Below, piece by piece: positions 18,054-26,526 of a stretch of 64,000 bases of DNA; position 1 is the stretch's first letter; each line of letters begins with the position of its first letter. This DNA comes from an uncultured Planctomycetales bacterium. Its GTDB lineage: Bacteria; Planctomycetota; Phycisphaerae; UBA1845; Fen-1342. Location of the stretch: assembly GCA_964535305.1 (NCBI GenBank), contig CAZHTF010000002.1:62058-126057 (forward strand), written 5' to 3'. The notes under the pieces were generated by a model that saw only the letters and a program-made list of their open reading frames with translations, did not search any database and had not been told where the DNA came from. Both the position numbers and the translations under genes were made by a program.

Positions 18054-19969
18054 CGCGGCTGCTCCGCGCCGAAGCTCTCGGAGAGCCCGCGCAGGCCGGC
18101 GAGCGCGTACGCCAGCAGCGTGAGCGCCAGCACGCCGACACTCACCCAGCCGATCCAGATCAGCGGCGTTCGAAACGCGAACGCGCGGCCCAGGGCGCCG
18201 GCCAGGGCCGGGTCGCTCGTGTGCAGCTCGAACATGCGGGTCGGTCCGCCGGGCGCGTCGCGCATGTCGGCGGGAATCACGGACCCAAAGTAAATCGGGG
18301 CGTCCGCGCTGTGACAATCCGCGCAGCCGCGCGCGCCCAGCGACTGCGCCGCCGGCCGCACATCGTGCGCCAGCGACCAGCGATAGGCGGCGGCGCCGGG
18401 TTCGGCGGTGACTTGCAGCCGCCCGTCCCCGCCGAGCTGGTACAAGCGCCCGTCGCGGACATAGACGGCCGGGCCACCATCGCCGGCCAGTTGCTTGAGC
18501 AGCGCGGAGATCTCGGCGTCTGCCAGTGGTGCGACCGGCTCGCCGGCGCGCGGCTTGGCCCGCGTCATGACCTTGTTTGCCGCGGCCTGGAGCGCAGCGG
18601 GCGCAATTGCCTCCAAGTAATCCGCGCGCAGCCGGGCCCAGTACGCCGGCCACATCTGCCGGAACGGCGCGATGCGGCCATCCAGGTCGCGGGCGAAGAC
18701 CGGGGCAACGATCAGCGGCGGCGAGCGCTCGTCGCGCTCCTTGCTGGCGATACCCAGACCATGCGCCATCGAGGTCTGCACGCGCAGTGTGTTGCCCACC
18801 GGCCACGGCCCGCTATGACACGCGGTGCAGCTCAGCTTCTCAAAGTGCAGCGGCGGCAGTCCGCGATGCTGCGGATGCGGCGCGGCGCACAAGCCGCCGC
18901 GCGGGCCGAGGTGGCAGCCTTCGCAACTGTACGCATCGCGGGCGCCGTCGCCCATCAGCCGCGCCTCGCCGCGGAAGCCGCGCACCATGTCGTGATCAAT
19001 GCCATGCCGATGGCAATCGCTGCAGGAAAGCCCGGCGGAGATGTGCACGTCGCCGGCGTGCCGCTCAGGCGCCAGCGACACATCGCCGATCCACTTCTGC
19101 GAATGGCAGAACTCGCAGCGATCCGCGGCGGGTCGGCGGGTGATGTCGAAAAAGACGCGCTCGTCGGCGTCAAAGCGATTGGGGTCGTACACGACCTTCG
19201 GCAGGCTCGCGGCGCCGCTCGCCGGCGCCAGCGGGTCAAACTCCTCCGGCACCGCCTTCACCTCGCCGCGGATCGCGGCCAATCCGAGGGCGGCGGTCGC
19301 GGACCAGCGCAGGTTCTGAGCGGCGATCTGCCGGGCCGCCTCGGCCGCGTCGTACGCCGCGCTCTGGCTGTGGCAGGTCATGCAGTCGATTTCGCGCGTG
19401 CCTGCGAGCTGCCAGCGGGCTTTTTCGGAGCTGGCTTCGGTTTCCGCCACCGTTAGCTCGGCCTCTCCGCCGCCGGGCATGTGCCGCCCGAAGCGCTGTG
19501 TCATCTGCCAGGCCGACAGCGCCGCGCCCGGCAGGCTCGTGCCGAACCAGCCGCGATGAGACATTGGAAGCTGCAGCCCGAGCCGCGGCTCAAACAGAAT
19601 CCATGGCTCAGAGGGTCGCCCGGGCGGGATTTCCGAGCGCGTCGCGTTGAAGTGCCACCCGCTGCTTATCCGCGCGTATTCATGACACTTCCCGCAGGTC
19701 ACGCGCGGCGAATAAGGCTGCGGATCCGCGTCGGTCGGACTGATCGCGCGCCCGTCGGCGTCATAGAGCGTCAGCCGATGCACGTACGCCGATCCACTGT
19801 CGCTGCGAAGCTGCCGGGCCGCAGTAGCTGATGCCGCTGGCGGCGCGTCCGGCGCTTGCGCCTGGCAAATCGCCGTGAACAGCGCCAGCAGCGGCGCCAG
19901 GGCGGCGGACAGCGGGAAATCCAAGCTGCGCCGGCCGGTCATGCGGACCCTTGGCACCTGCGGCGACAC
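18050..19969 (-). CDS. membrane-anchored heptahaem c-type cytochrome
   Basis: There are seven CxxCH motifs: CGKCH, CMTCH, CEFCH, CSDCH, CEGCH, CTACH and CADCH. It has an N-terminal signal sequence and a C-terminal TM helix LIWIGWVSVGVLALTLLAYALAG. An alternative ATG start is at 19942. Confidence 0.9.
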   Translation of the reverse strand: MSPQVPRVRMTGRRSLDFPLSAALAPLLALFTAICQAQAPDAPPAASATAARQLRSDSGSAYVHRLTLYDADGRAISPTDADPQPYSPRVTCGKCHEYARISSGWHFNATRSEIPPGRPSEPWILFEPRLGLQLPMSHRGWFGTSLPGAALSAWQMTQRFGRHMPGGGEAELTVAETEASSEKARWQLAGTREIDCMTCHSQSAAYDAAEAARQIAAQNLRWSATAALGLAAIRGEVKAVPEEFDPLAPASGAASLPKVVYDPNRFDADERVFFDITRRPAADRCEFCHSQKWIGDVSLAPERHAGDVHISAGLSCSDCHRHGIDHDMVRGFRGEARLMGDGARDAYSCEGCHLGPRGGLCAAPHPQHRGLPPLHFEKLSCTACHSGPWPVGNTLRVQTSMAHGLGIASKERDERSPPLIVAPVFARDLDGRIAPFRQMWPAYWARLRADYLEAIAPAALQAAANKVMTRAKPRAGEPVAPLADAEISALLKQLAGDGGPAVYVRDGRLYQLGGDGRLQVTAEPGAAAYRWSLAHDVRPAAQSLGARGCADCHSADAPIYFGSVIPADMRDAPGGPTRMFELHTSDPALAGALGRAFAFRTPLIWIGWVSVGVLALTLLAYALAGLRGLSESFGAEQPR

Positions 19970-19989
19970 ATATGAAGTACGCAGCGGTC

Positions 19990-20880
19990 TTACAGCTTGG
20001 TCGGCATCGTCGCCGGCGCGGTCGTCGGCGTGGGCGTCTGGGCTGGAGCCGGGGCGGGCGACTTCCCCGGAATCGGCGGGGCCGCGAAGGGCGGGGCCGC
20101 CACCGGCGTGATTGAGACCGTGCCGCCGCCGGGCAGCGTGCCGGTGATGGTCGGGGCCGGCGGGCGCATCCGCGTTACGGCCTTGTCATACGCGGCCTGC
20201 TGCTCCGCCGTCAGCGCCGCGCGGATGTCGTTCGAGAAGCGCTGCAACATCTCGGCCCGCTGCGGATCCTCGAGCGCGGCGACCTCATTCACCGTTCGCC
20301 GGAAGGTTTCCTTGGTGGTCTCGAGCGCCTTGGCCTGCTCCGGCGTCAGATTCAGGCCGCGCGCGATCCGCACGATGTCGACCGGGCGCAGGGCGCCGTC
20401 CGGGGCGCGCAGCAGCCGCGCCACGGTCTGCTCGTACGTGGCGCGTTGCGCCGGCGTCAGTGCAGAAACCAGGTCGCGCAGGAATTCCTCTTCGGCCCGC
20501 GCGCCAGGCGCCATCAGCCGCAACTGCTCATTGATCTGGTTTTTCTTCTGCTGATCCCCGGCCTGCTCGGCTGCCTGAAGCTCGGCATAAAGCGCCTTGA
20601 TCTCCTCGACACGCCGCTGCACAGCCTCCTGTTCCTGCTTGATATCGGAATCGAAGCGCGTGAACAGTCCCTCGACGTGCTTACTTTCCTCAGCGCTCAG
20701 CTCAAGCTGGCTGACGATGTAGCGCAGCTTCTCCTGACCCGCGAGCACACGCTGCGTCGTCTTGCGCGGCGGCGGCTGGCCCGGCCCGGCCGAAGGCTGA
20801 ACTGTGAGCTGGCCAATCGCTGTCAGCGGCGCGGCGAGCAGCAGCAGCGCCAGCGGTAGTCTCGAAATCACACGTCGCAT
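19990..20880 (-). CDS. periplasmic LTXXQ-repeat (Spy/CpxP-like) protein with Pro-rich tail
   Basis: The signal peptide is MRRVISRLPLALLLLAAPLTAIG. Repeated motifs are LSAEESK, LTPAQRATYEQ, LTPEQAKALE and LTAEQQAAYDK. GGAG lies 7 nt before the ATG at 20880. Confidence 0.75.
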   Translation of the reverse strand: MRRVISRLPLALLLLAAPLTAIGQLTVQPSAGPGQPPPRKTTQRVLAGQEKLRYIVSQLELSAEESKHVEGLFTRFDSDIKQEQEAVQRRVEEIKALYAELQAAEQAGDQQKKNQINEQLRLMAPGARAEEEFLRDLVSALTPAQRATYEQTVARLLRAPDGALRPVDIVRIARGLNLTPEQAKALETTKETFRRTVNEVAALEDPQRAEMLQRFSNDIRAALTAEQQAAYDKAVTRMRPPAPTITGTLPGGGTVSITPVAAPPFAAPPIPGKSPAPAPAQTPTPTTAPATMPTKL

Positions 20881-20901
20881 GCAAGATCTCCGTACCACAA
20901 G

Positions 20902-20928
20902 ATTCCCGCCAGACCCAGAGAATTCCCG
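20902..20928. repeat. direct repeat ATTCCCG ... ATTCCCG, 20 bp start-to-start
   Basis: The copies are at 20902-20908 and 20922-20928. They lie 22-48 nt upstream of the LTXXQ gene start (CGGGAAT on the coding strand). Confidence 0.5.
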
Positions 20929-21152
20929 AGAACTTCAAGGATAGGTCAAGCCGTGCGGCGAATCAACGTGCTAGCGGTTCCACACGCGTGGCGTCTGGCG
21001 CAGCGAGCGTCGCACCTGCGAGCGAGCCGCGTCCGTAACTCCGAATGGGTCGCGGGATGTCGCTGCGGGCGCAGCGCGCGTGCGGACAAGGCTTCGACGA
21101 GCCGCCGGCGGGTGATCGATTGCGATCCAGTCGGGCCGGCCAGATCAACGCC

Positions 21153-21164
21153 TGAAACGTTACA
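21153..21164. promoter_or_regulatory. candidate LacI-family operator (near-palindrome TGAAACGTTACA)
   Basis: 10 of 12 positions are self-complementary around a central CG. This resembles the TG.AA.CG.TT.CA class of LacI/CcpA sites. It sits in an AT-richer stretch about 100 nt upstream of the LacI gene. Confidence 0.3.
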
Positions 21165-21265
21165 TTAACAATCCGAAGAAATTTCTATTGACGCCACATC
21201 GTCCCAACAATTATCGTGCGTTTCAGCGTTGTATCTGTTCCAAGTCTGTTACAACGAGCGTCAAG

Positions 21266-22270
21266 ATGTCGTCCGTTCGGCGAATCGCACAAAGCGCGGG
21301 CGTTTCGATCGCGACCGTCTCGCGCGTACTCAATAACAGCCCCGACGTCAGCATCCCGACGCGCGAAGCCGTGCTGTCTGTCGCAAACCGCGTGGGCTAC
21401 GCCCGCAGTCGCCTGCGCAAGGCCGCCGACAGCACCATCGGCTTCGTGCACACCGCCGTCCGAACACTCTCGCACGCATTCGACGCGGCGGTGTTGGACG
21501 GCATCGTGCGGGCGGCGGACGAAGCTCGGCACGATGTGCTGATCCTCTCGCTACCGCGCGACAGGCAGCAGAACGAGAGTTATCGCCAATATTTCCAGCG
21601 CAAGGGCGTCGGTGGCGTAATCCTGCGGACCACCGCAGCCACGCGGGACGTTTGCCGCGAGATCGCGGCGGACGGCTTCCCTCACGTTGTGATCAGCGAG
21701 CAGTTTGACGAGCCGTTCGTCAATTTTGTGGACGGCACCTCTGCGGATGAAAGCCGTCGCGCGGTGCAGTACCTAATCGGGCTGGGCCATACGCGGATCG
21801 CGTTTGCGATGCACAATGTTCCTGACCGCGACCATCTGGACCGTCTCGAAGGCTATCGGCGGGCGTTGCAGGCCGCCGGGATCGAGCCCGACGAGCGCGT
21901 GCTGTTTCGCCAGCCGGCGAACCTGGCCGGCGGCGCGACGGTTCTGACCATGGTCATGAACATGCCCGAGCGGCCGACGGCCCTGTTCTCAGCCGACCCG
22001 GCGCTGGCGATTGGCGCAATCAAGAAGGCGCACGAGTCGGGTGTGCGCATCCCGCAGGATCTTTCGATCGTCGGGTTCGACGACACCGACGTGCGCTTCA
22101 GCGTGCACCCGACGCTTACCGCCGTCTGCCAGGACGCGGTGGCGCTGGGCTACGAAGCGGCCCGCTGGATCACGCGCGGCGCGACCCGCGAGCCGCTGCG
22201 CAAGACGCTTCCAACGTTTTTCGAGGTGAACGGCTCGGTCGCGCCGCCTTGCGCCGCGGTCCGGCCCTGA
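21266..22270 (+). CDS. LacI-family transcriptional regulator
   Basis: The HTH region is MSSVRRIAQSAGVSIATVSRVLNNSPDVSIPTREAVLSVANRVGY. A periplasmic-binding-protein-like sugar-binding fold follows (IVGFDD). Confidence 0.9.
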   Translation: MSSVRRIAQSAGVSIATVSRVLNNSPDVSIPTREAVLSVANRVGYARSRLRKAADSTIGFVHTAVRTLSHAFDAAVLDGIVRAADEARHDVLILSLPRDRQQNESYRQYFQRKGVGGVILRTTAATRDVCREIAADGFPHVVISEQFDEPFVNFVDGTSADESRRAVQYLIGLGHTRIAFAMHNVPDRDHLDRLEGYRRALQAAGIEPDERVLFRQPANLAGGATVLTMVMNMPERPTALFSADPALAIGAIKKAHESGVRIPQDLSIVGFDDTDVRFSVHPTLTAVCQDAVALGYEAARWITRGATREPLRKTLPTFFEVNGSVAPPCAAVRP

Positions 22271-22298
22271 TGGGCGAAGTGAGCATGGAGGATTTTCG

Positions 22299-23372
22299 AT
22301 GTGCCGTTCCGCAACATGCCCTGATCGCGTACGAAAGCCCGGCGGCGCTGGGGCGTTCACGCTGATCGAGCTGCTGGTCGTGGTCGCGATCATCGCATTG
22401 CTGATCTCGATTCTCCTGCCTTCGCTGCAGGCGGCCCGCGAGCAAGCCAAGCTGGTCAAATGCCTGGCCAACATGCGCTCCGCCGCCCAGGCCACTGAGA
22501 ATTTCCGCAACGCGCGCGGCCGGGCGCAAATCGTGACCGACGAAGTTGGCCTGGCCTCCGCCGACCCGTCGCGTCAACGCTACTCCTACGGCGACGGCGG
22601 CGAGCTGATCTCGTGGCCGGTTGCGCTGGCGCAGGGCAACGGCATGTCGTTCCGCAACAATTGGGACTGGGGCGTGCGGGCGCGCGACTACGTCGAAGCC
22701 CAGTCGCGCGAGTCGTTCATGAAAAAAGACCTGGAGTGGCTGGTGTGCCCGTCGGACCGCGTCCGCATCGCCACGCCTTACTATGTGCGGAACAAAGGCG
22801 GCTCCAACGACGGGCTGCGCGGCGCCGGCGACCCTGGAAACCCGATCAGTAGCGCGCCGAACATGTCGTACTGGGGCTATCTCAGCTACGGCATCAACGA
22901 AGACCTGGTCGGGGCCGAAGTGGCCGAAAGCAACGGTTTCCCCGCGTGCTTCCGCGTCACCTGGCAGGGCAACAATTGCATCGAATGCCGTGGCGAATTC
23001 GGCTACCCGCCGACCTCACCGTGTGGCGGCTCGCGCGACGGCCGACGGCTGCGCGGCGACTTGGACAAGATCTATCTCCCCGCGGATGTCGGCCTGATCT
23101 TCGAGGCCGGTCGCGACGACGACACGCAGTCCATCACCGGCTTTGCGAACCTGGTCATTAGCGCGCAGGCGCAGGGGCCTTACCTGGGCGATTTCCAGCA
23201 GCAGCACAGCGCCCGCATGCCCACCACGCGCCATCCGAAGGGCGCGATCGACGTGCTGTTCGCCGACATGCACGGCGAGAAGGTCACCCCGACCAAGTTC
23301 GGCCCGAACGGACTTCCCACGGAGTACTCGCCGCGTGTGCGAGTGTCGCCTTACATGCCTGGTTGTGACTAG
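22299..23372 (+). CDS. prepilin-type N-terminal cleavage/methylation protein (DUF1559-like pseudopilin)
   Basis: GGAGGA lies 6 nt before the ATG. The leader and helix are GGAGAFTLIELLVVVAIIALLISILLPSL. The C-terminal HPKGAIDVLFADMHG is a variant of the H-X9-DG motif. Confidence 0.85.
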   Translation: MCRSATCPDRVRKPGGAGAFTLIELLVVVAIIALLISILLPSLQAAREQAKLVKCLANMRSAAQATENFRNARGRAQIVTDEVGLASADPSRQRYSYGDGGELISWPVALAQGNGMSFRNNWDWGVRARDYVEAQSRESFMKKDLEWLVCPSDRVRIATPYYVRNKGGSNDGLRGAGDPGNPISSAPNMSYWGYLSYGINEDLVGAEVAESNGFPACFRVTWQGNNCIECRGEFGYPPTSPCGGSRDGRRLRGDLDKIYLPADVGLIFEAGRDDDTQSITGFANLVISAQAQGPYLGDFQQQHSARMPTTRHPKGAIDVLFADMHGEKVTPTKFGPNGLPTEYSPRVRVSPYMPGCD

Positions 23373-23414
23373 CGCCGGCGCAAGTGTCGGCCGAGAAAAC
23401 GGAGGAGGAGTGCG

Positions 23415-24089
23415 ATGATGAAGCGAAGTGGACGACTTGTTTGTGTGCTGTCACTGGCGACGATGCTGAGCAGCGCGTCGCTCTCGCAGGCGGATGTCGC
23501 CGTCACCGTGGATCCGAACCAGACCTGGCTCGGGTTCATGAACGTGTTTGACCTGCCGGTGGGCAGCGGCGGGTACGTCTTCGGCAGCCCCTGGGGCACC
23601 GGCGACCTGGCCGCGGCGTTCAACGGCCCGAACCTGCGGCTGAGCCCGAACACGAATACATACAATGCATCCGATCCATTCTGGGTCCAGCCCAACGGCG
23701 CCGGCAACAAGTGGATGAATGCCAACATGTACGTCGAGAACCCGGCCCTGGTCGGCCAGACGATCGTGTTCTCCGGCCAGACATTGCTGAACAACTTCGC
23801 GCCCGGCTATACCTCGCGCGCGTTCATCAAGGTCCTGGACCCGGCGCAGGGCTTCGCGACCATCCTCGAGACGTATGCACCGCTGGTCTCGGGCCAGAAC
23901 TTCTCGCTGAGCCTCGCCGTTCCGAACACGGCCGGCCTGCTGCCGCAGTACGGTTTCGTGACCGACGGCGCCAACGCCAACCCGGCCACGGTCGATGCGC
24001 TGGGCGGGGCGATCGTCGGCCCGATTCCCGAACCGTCGAGTTTGCTGCTGGCGTCGCTGGCCGGCATCGTCTTCCTTCGTCGCCGCTAA
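23415..24089 (+). CDS. PEP-CTERM sorting-domain secreted protein
   Basis: GGAGGAGG lies upstream of the start. It has a signal peptide. The C-terminus PIPEPSSLLLASLAGIVFLRRR shows PEP, a TM helix and a basic tail. Confidence 0.8.
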   Translation: MMKRSGRLVCVLSLATMLSSASLSQADVAVTVDPNQTWLGFMNVFDLPVGSGGYVFGSPWGTGDLAAAFNGPNLRLSPNTNTYNASDPFWVQPNGAGNKWMNANMYVENPALVGQTIVFSGQTLLNNFAPGYTSRAFIKVLDPAQGFATILETYAPLVSGQNFSLSLAVPNTAGLLPQYGFVTDGANANPATVDALGGAIVGPIPEPSSLLLASLAGIVFLRRR

Positions 24090-24143
24090 GTACAGCGGCC
24101 GCGAGATGCGGTTGCATCTGCAGTTGGGTGACGTGACGCTCAA

Positions 24144-24175
24144 AGCGTCAGGCGGCCTTCGGGCCGCCTGACGCT
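24144..24175 (+). terminator. strong stem-loop (14-bp perfect stem, TTCG loop) downstream of the PEP-CTERM gene
   Basis: The structure is AGCGTCAGGCGGCC-ttcg-GGCCGCCTGACGCT. No clear U tract follows, so intrinsic-terminator function is inferred only. Confidence 0.45.
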
Positions 24176-24205
24176 TCGGGCTGAGCGCGGGGCGCAGGGG
24201 TCAAA

Positions 24206-26449
24206 ATGCCGAAGTCGAGTCCGATTCCGTCGCCGTTCGCGATCATCGCCACACTGGCCGCGCTCCTGCTCGCGCCTCCCGCCTCGGCGCAGCTAACCAA
24301 TGGCGGTTTTGATAGCGCTGGCGGATCGCTGCTGGGGTGGACGCCCTTTAACAACGGCGCGGGCAACGTGCTGTCGTCGACAACCACGCCGCGCTCGAAC
24401 CCGAGCTGCGCGAAGGTGTTCGGCGGCTTCAACGGCAATCCGAATTACTCGGGGCTGTATCAGAGTGTCGCGACCAGCGCGGGGCAAAATTGGCAGTTAT
24501 CGGCGCATGTGCGTCACAACGCCGGCGACAGCCTGCAGGGCACTTCAAACAAGCTGGTGATGAAAATCGAGTTCTATCGCGTCGTCGGCGGCGCGTATGG
24601 CACGGCGGACATGCTGAGCGAATCGCAGGTCGATGCGCTCACCGCGGCCTCGCCGACCGGCACCTGGCTGCCCGTAAGCTGGCAGGCGCTGGCGCCGCCG
24701 CAAGCGGTCGAAGCGCGGGTCAGCTTTGTTTTCGTGCAGGTCAGTTCCGCGGGCGGCGCGGCGCTGCTGGATGATGTGAGTTTCACCTCCAATACGACCC
24801 CGGCAAGCTGGGCGCTGATCTGGAGCGACGAATTCGACGGTCCGTCGGTTGACCCGCTGCGCTGGCGGATCGAAGACCGCCATCTGATCAAGAACGCCGA
24901 GCTGCAGTACTACGCCCCGGATGAAGTCTACATTCAGAACGGGACGCTCGTACTCCGCAGCCGCAACCGCGTCTATTCCGGCTTCGACAGCAACGGCAAC
25001 TGGGGAACGTACAACTACACCTCCGGCTTGGTCGAAAGCCAGGGACGCTTCGGCATGGCGTACGGACGCATCGAGGTGCGCGCCAAGCTGCCTTCCACGC
25101 GCGGGCTTTGGCCGGCCCACTGGATGCTCCCGACCTCCGGCCTTTGGCCGCCAGAGATCGACATCATGGAGCTGCTCGGGCACGAGCCGACGCGCATCTA
25201 CATGACGCATCACTGGGGCTCCTGGCCAAACGTGCAGAGCAACGGCGGGACGTACGTCGGACCGAACTATTCGCAAGGATTCCACACGTTTGCGGTGGAA
25301 TGGTCTCCAGCCCGGATCGACTGGTTCATCGATGGCGTGCAGCGTTTCAGCAGCAGCGTCTCGATTCCGGCCGAGCCGTTCTACATCATTCTGAACACCG
25401 CGGTGGGCGGGAATTTCCCGGGGAATCCGGATGGATCGACCGTCTTCCCGCAATATCACGAAATTGACTACGTGCGCGTCTACGTACCGGCCGACCCGGG
25501 CGCAGCGACGGTCAGCGGCGTCGACACGACGCGCCGCGGGGCCCTGGCGGACGGCACGCTGAGCAGCGCTGAGTACGCCGTCGCGTTCAGCGGGATCAAC
25601 AGCGGCTTTGGCGACCGGCTGGGAGCGCAGTCGCGGCTGTGGCTGGATTCGTCGGCGGACGGCCGGCTGAACCTGGCGATCGAGTCGCGCACGGCATGGC
25701 CAGCGCCCAGCGCGTACGGCGCGGTGATCTACGTCGATTCGATCCCGGGCGGCTTTGCGTCGACGTACGAGCTGCGCGATGTCGCCGATCGCTCGCGACG
25801 GCTCGCGTCGGGCAAGGGCAGCGCCGGGCAGCGTTCGGATCTGTACTTCGCGCCGGGCTTCCGGGCCGATTTTGCGATTGTGCTCGAAGACACGGCCGCC
25901 ACCGTCTACCGCCTCGACCGCGCGGCGCACACGCGGCTGAACGCGGCCGGCTTGAACGCTAGCAGCGACCTGCTGGGCGGCCGCGAGCTGGCGTATCAGA
26001 GTGATGCCGGCACGCTGCGCGAGCTGCATTTGCCAGCGAGCCTGCTGGGGCTGAGCGGCAGCGCGCCGGCGAACGCGCCGCGGCTGCTCGCGACGCTCTT
26101 GAATGGCGACAACGCATTTCGCACGAACGAATTTGTTGGCGCCGCGCCGGGCAATGCCTGGGATGCGTTCAATCCTGGCGCGGGGCCGGCGCTGCTCAAG
26201 AGCGGCGATTTCGCGAGCTTTACGCTCACGCCGCCCAGCAACTGCGGCGCGGGTTGCGGCTCAGCTTCGAGCAGTGCGGATTTTGACTTTGACTGTGACG
26301 TGGATTCGGCCGATCTCGGCGTGCTGCTCGCGTTCTATCGCACGACGGAGCTGGTGAACCGCGATCACGGCGACGCCGACGGAGACGGCGACGTTGACGA
26401 AGCCGATCTCGGCCTGTTGTTGAGTTTTTATGCGGCAGCCTGCCCGTGA
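24206..26449 (+). CDS. GH16 beta-glucanase (laminarinase-like) with N-terminal CBM4/9-like module, an unknown middle domain and a C-terminal dockerin-like tag
   Basis: It has a signal peptide. The GH16 catalytic motif is EIDIMEL, set in GLWPAHWMLP...WPPEIDIMELLG. WSDEFDG and FHTFAVEW are also present. The tail ends GDGDVDEADLGLLLSFYAAACP. Confidence 0.9.
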   Translation: MPKSSPIPSPFAIIATLAALLLAPPASAQLTNGGFDSAGGSLLGWTPFNNGAGNVLSSTTTPRSNPSCAKVFGGFNGNPNYSGLYQSVATSAGQNWQLSAHVRHNAGDSLQGTSNKLVMKIEFYRVVGGAYGTADMLSESQVDALTAASPTGTWLPVSWQALAPPQAVEARVSFVFVQVSSAGGAALLDDVSFTSNTTPASWALIWSDEFDGPSVDPLRWRIEDRHLIKNAELQYYAPDEVYIQNGTLVLRSRNRVYSGFDSNGNWGTYNYTSGLVESQGRFGMAYGRIEVRAKLPSTRGLWPAHWMLPTSGLWPPEIDIMELLGHEPTRIYMTHHWGSWPNVQSNGGTYVGPNYSQGFHTFAVEWSPARIDWFIDGVQRFSSSVSIPAEPFYIILNTAVGGNFPGNPDGSTVFPQYHEIDYVRVYVPADPGAATVSGVDTTRRGALADGTLSSAEYAVAFSGINSGFGDRLGAQSRLWLDSSADGRLNLAIESRTAWPAPSAYGAVIYVDSIPGGFASTYELRDVADRSRRLASGKGSAGQRSDLYFAPGFRADFAIVLEDTAATVYRLDRAAHTRLNAAGLNASSDLLGGRELAYQSDAGTLRELHLPASLLGLSGSAPANAPRLLATLLNGDNAFRTNEFVGAAPGNAWDAFNPGAGPALLKSGDFASFTLTPPSNCGAGCGSASSSADFDFDCDVDSADLGVLLAFYRTTELVNRDHGDADGDGDVDEADLGLLLSFYAAACP

Positions 26450-26526
26450 GTCGGCGGGCGTGGCCTGGCGAATCAGGAACCGACCGGAAGCGGGATAAAG
26501 CGAATCAACCTCGAGGAGTCTGATCG

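Noticed and set aside
17514-18806. Full 430-aa version of the 4-TM protein ORF. Similar long N-terminal extensions occur in track ORFs 34299..36503, 53300..54976, 54873..55841, 57344..58384, 59757..61253 and 7473..8474.
   Set aside because: The extended parts overlap upstream genes or are Arg/Pro-rich. Internal starts with RBS-like sequences, signal peptides or 4-nt coupling overlaps give sensible proteins.
24545-26029. 494-aa minus-strand ORF inside GH16. Similar long antisense ORFs are 29597..31267, 41010..42593, 6783..8492, 5508..6584, 18221..19456, 48217..50028 and 58700..59803.
   Set aside because: All are Arg-rich mirror frames of well-supported genes on the other strand, and none has recognisable domains.
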